Of a DNA stretch of 64,000 bases, positions 25,486 through 37,906 are shown piece after piece. The stretch comes from Raillietiella orientalis (taxonomy: Eukaryota). The number at the start of each line of letters is the position of its first letter. Position 1 is the first letter of the stretch. The position numbers were made by a program, and so were the translations under genes. The notes beneath the pieces are model-generated. The model searched no databases. It was not told where the DNA came from and saw only the letters and a list, made by a program, of their open reading frames with translations. The stretch lies in NCBI GenBank assembly GCA_036172245.1, contig JAYWIR010000034.1:620001-684000 (forward strand), read 5' to 3'.

Positions 25486-26719
25486 CACTTTTTGTCTGAG
25501 CAGCCTCGTTGTTCTGAACGAATTGCCATCACCTGCAAGGACAGGAGAGAGTCTGATGGAATGTGAATGTTCATTCCCATTCTTTCTGTTTCCATTCGAC
25601 GGGCGAGCGACGACGTCTTTCTCTGCATCTCGTGTCGTGGAGTCTTCAGCGCTGGAGCAAAGCACGGGCACATATTCCCCATTCGCTTATCATCATGTTC
25701 AAAGTTTCCCCTGGATCATTCTGGATTCGTGGAAACGCTGCCGTGATAAAGCGTGGAAATGATTCGACTGCTATCGTTGTCAACCAGCTTGGTGCTCCCA
25801 TTACTGATGCCCTCGCGTCTATCGCGTTACTCCCAACTCCTATCAGTGCTCCTTCCGATCAGTGCAGCCTCGTTGTTTATGGGTTTTCCCCACTATTTTC
25901 TGCAACTAGTCGTCGGAAGGAAGACGGGGGAGGAAACCAGTGATGGCTTTCTGCTATGCGCTTCGCGTCTTGAAGCATGTCGTTTTCCAGCATTGCTTGC
26001 AGCCGCGCGCGTCTGCCGGGACCTCTTTAAGTAGCATCATCAAAAGGTGGAGCGCCCAAAAACGACCAGCACGAAATTGGACTTGGCTTTGGCGATTTTC
26101 AGACAGGAAAAAAGTCGAGTGGATTCTCTGGTAATTTCGATAGAAGACCCTCAGAAGCTTAGCAACGAGTACAAGTCGGCGCGGAATCAAGGACGTCATA
26201 AAGAAGTTTGAAAGTCGATCGTCATGTCGGAACCCCTACCTCATCTCCTGCGTGCTGAGGAGTTTGTATAAAATAAACCAGTAAAAAAGAACAATGGGAA
26301 AGTCTCAGACATCCCTTGGGACTGAGACACAAGGTCCGAATGTCACTAGGGATACGACTAGGGTGTGGAAAGGTAGAAGGGAGGGTAGTCGAACAGATAA
26401 ATGAATCGTGGTGAGATAGATCGGTCTCACGGTAGTGACCGTCGTTCCTGAAGACCTGTGGGAAGGGAGGAGAAAGTGCTTAATCATCAGTTAGGGTCTA
26501 CTCTGCATACGGATATCCTGAGGCTTCCAGATCCAGCGGCACTACCTTGGATGGTAGAGACGCGCTTCAATTCCCTTCATTTTAGAGGCATCTCCCCGTC
26601 GCTTGCAATTAGTAGACGATCTTCGGGGAAGAAACCCAGAGAGGCGACTATTCTTCCCAGCAGGTGGCACTAAGGAACTTACTGGTTGCGCCCGTTATTC
26701 ATCGTAGATCCGGCGTACC

Positions 26720-27750
26720 ATGCTGTTAGATGACCACTTGCCAGGCTTTAAGCCATGTTCGTGAGCAGTGTTGAAGAGGCAGTCCTTGAGGAAGTCGTAA
26801 TCGTGCGGCCGCTGAACACCCGACAGAACATGTTTGCACACGACTTCCAGTTGAAAAAATCTCTACCTCGAACCCGGAAATCCCAAGAAAATTCCAGTGA
26901 GTTGTCATTCAGGTGGTCGTTTCCCCGGAAGCATGCTGGAGGAGCTGATCAACCCCTCCGTTCATCCATTCATCACCATCGCTGAGTAATCACCCCAGAA
27001 TGCTCCTGCAGAGTTGTTCAGGTAGTCGAGAGTTTTGGGCTTTTCAGAGTTCTGTTTTTGAGAGGGACTTTGGTTCCCTTTAGATCCGGTGAGTGAAATT
27101 GCTGGTCCAAGTATGTGCGTGATGCAGACACAGAGGCATGGTATCTCATCCAACGATGCAGTTGCAGCTCTGTCTCTTCGACGAGCCCCGTTGAGTCCCA
27201 GCAAAGGTTTCGTCCAATTTTCCCTACCCCGAGGAAGGGTTTTTTACTGGATTGTGCGTGCCATGGCAAGTTCAGCGGCCTCGCTGAAATTACACGCTTC
27301 ACGTTATTTATCGCAGGACGGGTGTGTGAATCAGAAGCCTCCCTTGTCCGTCAAAGCCGAAGGTCGGTGGGAAAATTGTCCGTCCACCGAAGCTCCAGGT
27401 GCTTCTTCTCTACCATCCCGAGAGTCTTGGAAATGTTCGACGAGGATGTCCTTGGACACCTCTGAGACTCAAGCTGGGACGAAAGGGAAATGTTCCTTTT
27501 CGTGAAGAGAATTTGTCCTGCAGCCGCTTGAAGCAGTTTTTGACACAGCTGTAGAGCCCTTCTGTTATGGAAGTGGTTCCGAGATGCCTCACTTGCTTAT
27601 TAGCATCCCGAATTGAAGTACGAACGTACCCAACTTCCTTTTTCCAGCGCAGCCGCTTCGTCAACAGACGGGAACAACGGACAAGAGATAGCAGAAAGTT
27701 CCCGTTCAGTGCAGTGGAGAGGGAGAGCTCCAGGTTTTTCACCCGGTGAC
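26720..27750 (-). pseudogene. Possible highly decayed C-terminal half of an RLE-type element
   Basis: ARPLNLP (cf. ARLNxLP), RYHA and GFEVEI occur in plausible order; weak. Confidence 0.25.
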
Positions 27751-27859
27751 TCTGGGACGTTTATTTCAGGAATAAACGACGAGCTAGAGGGAAAACCTGT
27801 CCGATGAATTCACGAGATGCCAAAAGAAAAGCAAAACAAAAGCTGCAGGGGATGACCAA

Positions 27860-29400
27860 TGGCACGTAGGCCGTTTACTAAGGAAGCAGGGAACAGAAGG
27901 ATGGAGCAATAAATAAATAAAGACAGGGAGGTACGGACAGGAGTCGGTGGTTTGGTGGTTCCTTTCTTTCTAGAAGAGTCTACATATGGTAACGACCTCC
28001 CTTATGGCTTCTGGCTACCTTGCAGTCGTCCTCATCGAAGAGGATGCCGTGCTGGTGGCCTCCCTTAGTTACGAACGTAACCTCAATACATGGTGGACTG
28101 TCACCATGGCGCCGATGCAACCGATGGTTGCTATCACAGCGTCCGTTTTCAGCCCGCGTTGCGTGAAGAAAAAGCGCCGCAGCAAGTCCGAAGCAAGGGA
28201 TCCAGCGGTCGACGGGAACCAAAGCGAGTCTCCGCCACATGCCCTCGATGGCACTGCAGTCCAACAGGAGGTGCGGGAACGATACCGTTGTCCCATGCCT
28301 CAGACAGTTCTAGGGGACAACTCCCCTGGAAACCAGGCATTTGCGCCGATTGCACTGAAATCCCCCCAGTGTGGAAGCAGAGGAGCATCCTGTTTCCAAC
28401 ACGGTTGGAGCATGGAGGTATCGGCACACAGGGAAGGAATCACCAGTCTCTTGGGAAAACATAGCAAGCAGGTTCCTCCGTCGAAGGAGTCCCTTCTCTC
28501 GAGAACAAGGAGTGGCACCGTGGACCAAGAGTTCGTAGGGTGTTCAGTGTTTTCGTTCCTTTTTTCTGGGTGTTTCACATAAACCACTTGTCTCCAGAAC
28601 CTCAATGAAATGAGAGAAAACCAAAGGAACGGCGTACTCCGAGGACGGAGTCTGAATTCCCACCTTCCTCCGAGGAAGCATGTCCGATAGATTCCTCCAT
28701 GAGCAGCTCTGAATGTACGAAGAGAGGGTGAGGGATGCCAATCTGGCCTAATCTTTAATGCTCCCCTATAGAAATTCTCATCTCCAGCGATGAATCAAGT
28801 GCGATTGAGGATTTCCTGTTTGAAAGAAGATGCTTAGGTTTAGCCAGGTATTTCCGCAGGGCTAGAAGTCCTACGCAGCTCCTAAGGTGTACGGAGTTGG
28901 CCCAGTGATCGAGTTCTTCCTGCGGATACCCACAGCGCCTTGCAACTACGGAGACGGCCTCCCCATTGATGTCATGTTTGCATCTAATGCATCTGATGCG
29001 TGAATTGTGCTTGAAGAACGGAGATGAAATGGTAAAGTGAGGAACTTTATATTGTGGTGCTGTGTGAGAGCTCTTTCAGGTAGTAATGGAGGTTTCCGTT
29101 TCTTCCAGTGCGGGGTTTAGAAAATCCAGAACTCTGAGATGCCGCCATCGTGCTCTCGACCTGTCAGAAGATCGTCTGGGATGCTGTCTCCGCATGTGAG
29201 CTTCCGAGTCACGGTCCCAGGATCCGGCAACTCTTTGGCTGTGTGCTTTCTGAAGCAGAAGAGTTTGACAGGTCCAAACCAGAGCGGAAGATTCCTTGCA
29301 AGGGGGGATGGAGGGTGAGCTTCATCTCACAGCCACTCCGAAGAGTCTGCTACATCTTTACGCAATGGGTGTGCATGGCAAGACACTCGGTCCTGAGGAA
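27860..29400 (-). mobile_element. L1/Tx1-like element (RT end + C-terminus + partial UTR)
   Basis: 27958-28398 is the reverse complement of 1021-1461; upstream decayed IPDDL (YADD-like, ~29175) and IKFL (~29045). Confidence 0.75.
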
Positions 29401-30399
29401 AGACTGATGATTTGCATGTTTCTCGGAAGCTGCTACATCTCTGAGGCTGCTTTCTCCGCTTCCGTTCTATCCGGTTTTTTGACTTTTGGAAAATTGGTTG
29501 TGTGGAGACACCGCACAACATCACCGCTTTTTCTTGATGCTCCCACGTCAGTGCTTACTCATTCATCAAAATATATACATCAATATATATACTTGCGATA
29601 AATTGGGATTACCACTTATATTCGTGCTCCCTGCTCCCATAAGCAAGACGTACAAATTGTCGGATGGAAGGTGTCGTCAGTGGTTATGCTTTCTTCTCTG
29701 GATGCAGTTCGGGATACTGTAAAGGAATGCTGGCACATCTCCGCTTGAGACGTTTCGAGATTTCACTTGATTTTTTGACGACTACTTCTCTCTCCTTTCC
29801 GGACCTTTCAGTGATGTCCCTGGCCATCATCTGCCTCCCTTTGGTGGTAGCACTTCCGGAGTGCAGAGAGCCAAGTACCTTGGAGCAAGAGTTGGCACTT
29901 TGAAACGGCTCCATCTCCTTCAAGAAATATTTCACAACCAACGAAGATAGTGGTAGAGGGAAGGGAGTTTTATGAAGGTAGGAAGGGCATCGCACGCGAT
30001 GCCTTCATAAACGGGAAGATGAGATGAAAGAGAGCGCCGTTTGAGGGTTTGGCATCAAGCTGAATAGCAGTCGAGGAATGACAGTCTTAGGAAAAGCAAT
30101 GCCATCGCCTTCAGAAGTCCTCTTGTTCCCGAAAAGACTCACGGACGCACGAGTTCAAAAGATGTTGCAAAGATGCAGGATACTCAACCCAGGATACTCA
30201 ACTTAGCACTGGAGTGGCGTGCGCTCTATTTTTTCCTCATCTTTCCACCGCCCCACGATCCCAACAGACTCATTTTGCTGCCATGACATGAGGGTCTGCT
30301 CCTGCGCTACTAGGCAAGGAACGAAAGTCAGCGCGCCTGGAACATCCAGGGAATTCATCTTCGGCCGAGTGGGCGGAAACTCAGGAAAGCAGAGTAGGG

Positions 30400-30860
30400 A
30401 AACTCCCGAAAGATGAGCGTTGGTTCAATGAGTTTGGGAAAAGAAATCTTCCACGAAAATTTCGTTGCTCTGTGCTTCCATTGTATCTCTCTCCTGGGAG
30501 AACAGGGAACGACGTAGTACTTTCGAAGCGGAGGCGAAGCGGCGGCCGAGATTTTGGAGGGTTCCCAATTGAGGATAGGGAAGCGGTGATCCATTGACTT
30601 CTGATCTGAAGGAACAGCATCTCGTGATTCTGGGTTTGGCGTCAGAAGGTACCGTCATAACGGCGGACATGTTTCTAGGGACGGGTTCGCACCCCTCCCA
30701 AGGCCCCATCCCCTTTCTCATCCCCACCCATTCTCTTCCCCTCCTTCCCCTCGCCCCCATAGTCTTCCCTAAACTTTACCACCCGTTAGTGTGAGAAAAC
30801 TGTTTGTTTATTCATTTATTTTTCTGAAGTATAAATAAGCATCCCGGCTCATCCGGGTAT
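30400..30860 (+). mobile_element. L1/Tx1-like 3' end fragment
   Basis: C/T-rich UTR, then ttcatttatttt…aataag and hairpin cccggctcatccggg at 30843-30857. Confidence 0.55.
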
Positions 30861-31074
30861 GAACGGGTTTCCACGTGCTTCGGTTGAGAATTTCTGGATG
30901 AATGGATCTTCCTGTAGCCATGCACTCCCACTTGGCAACGCTCTTGAGGAGAGACTTAGCGTTGGGTCCTTGAAATGGGGTCTCCTGTTCATGCTGTGCA
31001 CTTCTCTTTCGAACAAAGAATAGAGAGATCTTTTCTGTTGCGGGGGGACGAAGGGATGCTGAAGACAGAAGAGA

Positions 31075-31815
31075 TCGCCTGTGCTGGCCGCCTTGTGGCT
31101 GCGGTCTTCGCACGTGGCACCGAGCATTACGGGTTCGAATCCCACCCGGAGAAGAAACAACGCCGAGAAATGAGATGGAATAGGAGGAAGCATTGGTTTT
31201 GATTCCCCCCCGCAGGATGACGCTGGTTGGTCTGAAGGTTTCAGGTGCGGCGGCACTGGTGGAAGCCGTAAACCGGATGTTTCCTTTGACTGGCCGGGAT
31301 TGGAAGTTGACCCTCCGGAGTTCTTCCTGGAATCAAGGAGCCGGCTCCTTTCGAGATTTTCCTTCGGTTGTGAAAATGGAGCCGTCGCTCCCCTCAAGAG
31401 GTAACCATGGAGCTGATGGAGTTGATACCCCCTTCGGGGGATCACCTCTCCAGAGTGTCAGAAGCGCGCTGCACTCTTCGAGGAGAGGTCCTTCAGAGAA
31501 ATTCGGAAGCATCCATTTGGGATTCTCTTCGGAGGAAGGGACATGGAGAAGTTCCCTTGCGGGTTTTTCCCTCCAGAGAGAAAATTTAAGAGCCGATCCT
31601 TTCCGGATTCCCTTCGGATGCAAACAGGGAAAGGGCTCCCTTCGAGGTTCCCTCCCAAGCGTAAGGAGAACCGACTTCTTTCTTCAGAGTTTTGCGGGAT
31701 TCATAGGGTGGTCTCAAAGGGGTCGCTCCTATAAGCTGAAGAGTTACACTCACCCTCTACTGGCGTGGAAAATTTTTCGGAAAAATCAGGAACCCTCCTG
31801 ATTTTTTCGAAAAAC
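31075..31815 (+). mobile_element. tRNA-derived SINE copy 4
   Basis: A-box-like tggccgccttgtgg, B box gggttcgaatccc at 31131-31143, repeat array at 31510-31680. Confidence 0.85.
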
Positions 31816-32049
31816 TATGAAAAAGGGATGAATCTGAGAAGTTCAGAACACTGAGTACGGGAAGGGAAAAGATTCGTGCTCGGGAGGGGGAGGAGAGAGG
31901 AATGAAAAGCAAACTTGACCATCGCCTTCGCGAGCGGAACAGCATCTGTTCCTGAACTCTCTTCTACGCAGTCGGAAAGCTCATCCTCTGCCGACCTTCC
32001 CACGACTTCACTTCCATTCCGAAGCATATGAATCGCCTGATCTGGGCAA

Positions 32050-32900
32050 ACCGCCATGGAGCTTCGCTCTCAACTTACCAGCACCTTGAAATACAGGAAG
32101 CTTTACATGAACTCCATGGGGATCTCTTGAAAGGGAGCCAGCGCGTGGCTCTTTTCAGAAGAATTGCTCCCTGGAAAAATGCTTCCACTGTGATCACCTG
32201 GAATCGTTGGAGACGGGATGGTCTCGGAGAAGCACGGGGATCAATGCCTCCACCGGCTCTGCCAAGAGGAACTGACTTACGGAAGAGGTGGCTTTGTTTG
32301 TTTGGTTCTTCTCGAAGGGAGAATCACGCTGGGACTCCTGCAGCGGACTCAAGGAGACTCCCAGCCCTATGGCACTCCCAAGCAGTTCGACGACAGAACC
32401 CTGACGAGCCGACGCGCTCGCTCCGGAAAGAGATTTCGCCCCCCTGATAGCTAGCTGCTCGCCTCTTCCTGAGAGAGGAAGACCAAACGTCCCACCAGTG
32501 TGCAGTCGAATGGCGGCGTGCACTGATACTTGAGGTCATCTCGAATTCACCGGGAGATTCGCAGCTGTCGAGGTTTCCTCCTCCTGCGCCTGTGAAGTCA
32601 TTCCTTGGTGCACCTGTTACCGAGAAATTCCCATGTCCGTGACTCATCTCGTGCTCTCAGAGGAAGCTCGCGTGATTCTTATGTTTCCACTGTCCTCAGA
32701 AAGGTCGGAAAGTACCTTTCCCAAGGCGAAGGTTTTCTTGCATGTTCTTCCTCAAGGAATTAATTAGGGCCGAAAGAAGGGTTTCGTGACACATCCACAG
32801 CTAACGTTCCAGAAACTGCACGAATGAGTAAGGAAGGTAATATCAAGTATCGATTTCCCGTTCCTGAGGACTCCGCTGGGACTCTGTCTCCGTCCCAAGG
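32050..32900 (-). pseudogene. Possible decayed RLE region
   Basis: ARRHS and DSPFEKN (cf. DVxxPFEN) motifs; weak. Confidence 0.25.
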
Positions 32901-33645
32901 TGTGCTCCCGCGATCAAGGAAAATCAGAAGACGCTTCCGAGTGCAGAGACATCCACACCCATTAAACACGATTCCTGGAAGGAACATGGGAGATGCCAAG
33001 GAGAACAGCTCCAAGTGGATTGGCGACGGACCATCCGCTCAAGGATCGTGTGCTGACCTTTCATCGGCTCTGTGGGATCGATTATGAAGGATATGAAGTC
33101 ACTGAGTAAGTGCAGCATGCTTGCGTTTTACAGCTCAACCTTCCTCGTGTTGTTGTCATGACGATGCTTGGTAACTGTGACATAAAAGAAAAAACGAAGA
33201 AAAAAAAAGATACAGCTTCGCTGCTTTATAATACCTTGTGCTATATAGTCGCAATCATGATTCCAAGTTAGAGAATTCAAGAAAGAAAAACAAAATAAAA
33301 CGAAAGAATGGAAAAACAACCGAAAAAGTGCGTGTGCACACTAAACCGTCAGGTACACAGGGGAGTTTCTGTACCTTTACCTTGCTGGTGCTCCTCCCGC
33401 ATTCGGAAGACATGGATCAGTTGTTGGTGGACTGATGACACTATCCTGCGCGGGAAAGCCTGCTCGAGAAACCTTCGAAGAACGTTCGGTTTTTCATCAG
33501 AGGAAAGGCTGTTTTGGAAAAAGAGAAAACGGATCTCGACGGAAACTTCTATCATTATCCCTTTTGCTGATTAGTTCTTCCGAGCAGTCTGCTGCTGCCA
33601 TGACTTGGAAGATATGTAAGTATTTCTGCCCGATGGGCTTGAAAG

Positions 33646-33885
33646 AGATGCTGGTGCGGAGTAGCGTTCGTGAGACCTTCACATGCGTTTCTCAAGTTTT
33701 GCCTCGGATTACTCTTCCTTTCCGATTAAATGAAAGATCCTTCTATTCTTTTTTTTTTTTTTTTTAGGTCCATGAGCAGTTGAGGACTCCAATTTCGGCT
33801 CCAAGAACTGCGGTTCCCCCTCAAGCATTAGGGCAAACCAAGGATCCACTTCTTGACCTTCTGAAGCTTGCCACCCAGAGGGCAC
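33646..33885 (+). repeat. ~240-bp direct repeat, copy A
   Basis: Highly similar to 37667-37906. Confidence 0.95.
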
Positions 33886-35230
33886 ACAGCTCGAACGAAT
33901 CCCGCTACACTTTTCATTTTAACCCTCCTGTTCTTTTCCTTATGCTGTGGTCTTTGCGGGTACGTCAATCACGTACGGTGACCATACCGATGCTTCCAGC
34001 AGTGGTTCCGATACGTTAAGTTTCCTTCTTGATACAATCCGCCTGTTTCTTAGCAATGTGCTAGTCCCATTAACATCTCATAGCGCTTTCAGATCTCAAG
34101 ATGCAAGATACAAGGAGTCAAGTGGGGAATGTTCTTTACCCTTGCAAGCATTCCTCTGGACGCTAAGAGAAAGGTGAGCTCTTGCTCACCTGTCCAGATT
34201 ACCTGCATCTTCATGATATCTCGTCACTTTCTGCCTTTGGCTGCTTCTTCAATCTGTTACCTTTGCCCAGGTCACTTTCATTCCCTACGCTAAAGGGGAG
34301 TGTAACCAATGATAGGGATGGAAGGTTCCCTATATTCTTCGTAATGAATCTGACCTCTCCGTATCTTCTTCATGACCTCTTCGCATCCTCTTCCATATTC
34401 TGATGAAAGCAGTTCGTAGCTGTTGAGGGTGCTTCACTCCGGCAATTGGCTCAATATCCTTTTCTAGTGTATGCGCCCGTGGTGTGTGATGTTGAAGCAT
34501 ATCATTTCTTTCTTGGACCGCCCGCATTCCAGAGAGATCCAGAGCCCTTACATTTCACTCTCGTTTGCCGAATCTTCGGAACCCCAAAACACTATGCCAA
34601 TGAGCGCATTGATGTAGAGAAATGAAGAACCGGTCCTTGTACTGGTTCTCTTTGCGCTGCGCTGGCTGTCCTGGCTTCCACCTCAAGGCTACAGCTGACG
34701 TAGGGGCAGGCGACATCCTGTTCGATCACTCTTCTGCAACTTTGGAGAACACTGGATCCGGCGTCGTTTTGGAATCTATTTTCGGAAACTGTTGACGGAA
34801 TGAATTGGTTCAAGACCATGAGCTGCCAGTTTTCCTGGGCAGAACTTTTGAGCAGGGATGTCTGCTCATCGTTTCCCTCAGTGATCATCCTCGAGTTGAG
34901 AATGCAGCGATTGAAAGTGTGGTTTAGGGGTTCCTTCCACACCACACACCTCCTCTACGCAAGATTGGCGTCTTTCTTAGTGAGAGTCACTTCCAGAGGG
35001 TGAGTTGTGATGTGAGTAAATTGATAGTTCTCAAATCTCGAATGCTCTCCATTAAACAGAAGCGCACGATCTTCAGAAAAGAGCACTGTATCAAAACACT
35101 AAGGCAATAGGATTGAAAAACAGAAGGATGCTGAGTGCGTGTTTTAGCTTGCTGCGAGGGAGGTGAGCAAGGGAAAAGCCCTTCATTCAACATCCTCGAG
35201 ACTGAAGAACAAATAGACCATCCGCAACAC

Positions 35231-35965
35231 GACCCGCGCTGGCGGCCACGTGGCTGCGGTAACCGCGCCTGGCACCACGCGTTGCGGATTCGAATCGCCA
35301 CGTGTAGGATCAACGCCGAGAAGTGAATTCATCGTGGACTTTGAGTTCTCCCCGTGGAAGTCCTGGTTGGTCTAGAGGCTTCGAATGCGGCACTGGTGGA
35401 AACAGGATGCCTCCGTTGACTGACCTGGATTGGAAGTTGACCCTCCGGGAATCAAGGGGCTGGCTCCATTCGGGGTTCTCCTCTGGTTGCGAAAACGGAA
35501 CCGCGTACCATGGAGCTGATTGATACACCCTCGGGGGGTCCCCTCTTCAGAGTGTTAAAAGTCCCTCAGAGGTGTTGAGAAGCGTCCCTTCGGGGCCCTC
35601 TTCAGAGGAGGAAACGAGGAGCGCTTCTCTTTGCAAATTCTCTCCGGAGAAGAAAGGAGAAGTAACTTCCTCCAAGGGATTTCTTCAGAGGGAATAAAGA
35701 AGACTTTCTCTTCGGAGCTCCCTACGGAGACAACCAGGGCGAGGGTTCCCTTTCCCCAACCAAGTATAAGAAAATCGTCCTTTTTCTTCTGGAGTCATCC
35801 AGAATTCATGGGGTGGTTCCTCCAGGTTGACCCCTAGCTCTTGAAGAATTATTCGCACCCTTGAGTGGCGTAAACGGTGTTAAAGAGCTTCGTGAGCTCC
35901 TCCTAAGAAGGCAAACGGTTTTTCAGCACTTTAAAAACCAAAAAAAAAAAAAAAACAACAGGAAG
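35231..35965 (+). mobile_element. tRNA-derived SINE copy 5
   Basis: tggcggccacgtgg (A-box-like), ggattcgaatc (B box), repeat array at 35585-35790, poly(A) at 35940-35955. Confidence 0.85.
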
Positions 35966-37666
35966 AAAAGCAGCGAACACGGTAGAACTCCAGAGGATCT
36001 CCATTGCCTCAGGCCAACAGTAATGATGTCTCCGTGAAGTCGCTATTGATTTTTTTTTTTTTTTGGAAAAAAAGGAACAAATCGACTATGAAAAAAGACC
36101 TTTGAGCTCGATTCTTTGAACCTTTTTTGGAGGTATATTGCTAATGGCACAAAGATGAAAAGAAGTGCAGCAGAAGGTGCCTTGCGTGAAATCTTAGAGG
36201 ACGTGGGGTTCGTCAGGTCCCTGAAGTCCATCACATAATTATGTGGATCCCATGCAATCCAGCCCAAGATGCGCTGTAAAGGCAGCTGTGAAAAGCAGGC
36301 ATGCTCCTGTGATTCTTAGTGAGAAAGGTGCAAGCAATGCGCCTCCTGTAATGGGTAGGGTAAGGAAATGGAGGGGCTGATGGAAATTGAGAGCTGCTGA
36401 TTCGAGATGACGGAGCTCGGGTGGAAAACTTAGGCGTTTCCAACTTCGGCAAGCTCCAGATTTTCCAAATAAGATTCTGCACCCGAGAACTGAATTTAGA
36501 GGTCGAATTCAGGAATCGTTAAGAATGGTACAGAGGAGATGAACTACAAAACGAGTGTGCTGAAACACTCCGTGCCCATCACGAAGATCGGAACTGCATG
36601 ATTCTCTGACGCTGAATAAAAGTTCGAAAGCGCCACAAATTATATATCTGTCAGGCGAGTTGTCGTATGCAACCTTCTGGTTCCCAAGGAAGCAACTGCT
36701 TCACAGGGCAAAAGGAGGCGATACGAGATATGCTTGGTTGTGGGTATCGGGGATACGTGCAAACGCAAAATCTTCCTCAAGGAGTGAAGGGATACCAATG
36801 AACCAGGAAGTAAAAAAAGATTACCATGGATGGCATCTTGAAGAAGGTCATTCTGAAGATCTCAGACTCTTATCCCAGACGATAGTGGACCTTGTTTCCA
36901 GAGCTCAGAGTTGATAAGTCGCATCTGATGCCAAAGAAGCGGGAAGCATGGTGGGAATTAAAATGAGATGGACCTGAAGGAGTTCAAGGTATTTCGAGCC
37001 TAGTGGTATTCACGGAAGCCTTGCAGTAGCATATAGCGGGCAGTCAGCAACTGACTTGAACATGGAAGACCTTGAGCTGGTTTTGGCTTCGACTGGGGGA
37101 TTTTGCTCAGCAACGAAGGGAAAAAAAATGGTTACTATGAAAAGAAGTGTAGAAACAGAAACTTGAAAAGAAGTGTTTCTACACTTCTTTTCAAGACAGA
37201 AAGAAAATCTCTTGCTTTGATTCCACGGGTTGACTGCTTCTCGCTTCGAAGCAACGTCAGCAAAAGCTTGAGCGATGATATCCCTGAAATCTTCCTTTTT
37301 TCGTTTATGTAATCTTTCCGAGTTAGCCGCCATCACTGCAGGCCCCACGGTCGCGAATTTCCCCTTTACTACTTTATCTTTCCCCTCGACATATGAAAAG
37401 AAGCTCAAGGAAGAAAAAAGGCAAGGGGACAAAGCCTGGCTTTGCTGCTCCGAAACTCTGTTTCTGGTCTCCCTCGTCTGGCAATCTCTCCTTTTACGCG
37501 GGCAAGTCGCGCGCTTCCTGATCGGAAGAGGGAAGAGTCTGGTGCGAGCTCCCACCACTCACAGGAAGCTGCGTCCGGAAGAGACTGCACAGTGCTCGAC
37601 ACTTGTTGTTCCTTTTGCCATGATGCTCAGTGCTCGTGAAGTGTTTCCTGTATCTGCATGAAGGTT

Positions 37667-37906
37667 AGATGCTGGTGAGGAGTAACGTCCGTGAGATCCC
37701 CACATGCGTTTCTCAAGTTTTGTCTCGGATTACTCTTTCTTTCCGATTAAATGAAAGATCCCTCCATTCTTTTTATTTTTTTTTTAGGTCCATGAGCAGT
37801 TGAGGACTCTAATTTCGGCTCCAAGAACTGCGGTTCCCCCTCAAGCATTTGGGCAAACCAAGGATCCACTTCTTGACCTTCTGAAGCTTGCCAGCCCAGA
37901 GGACAC
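37667..37906 (+). repeat. ~240-bp direct repeat, copy B
   Basis: Highly similar to 33646-33885. Confidence 0.95.

Noticed and set aside
31080..31150. Functional tRNA gene (also 35235-35305, 25415-25485)
   Set aside because: Only A/B-box remnants are present, with no intact cloverleaf, and they are always attached to the SINE body.
35398..35411. 14-mer tggaaacaggatgc shared by the SINE body and LINE ORF2 (1021-1034)
   Set aside because: Too short, and the flanks do not align; insufficient to claim a LINE-derived SINE segment.
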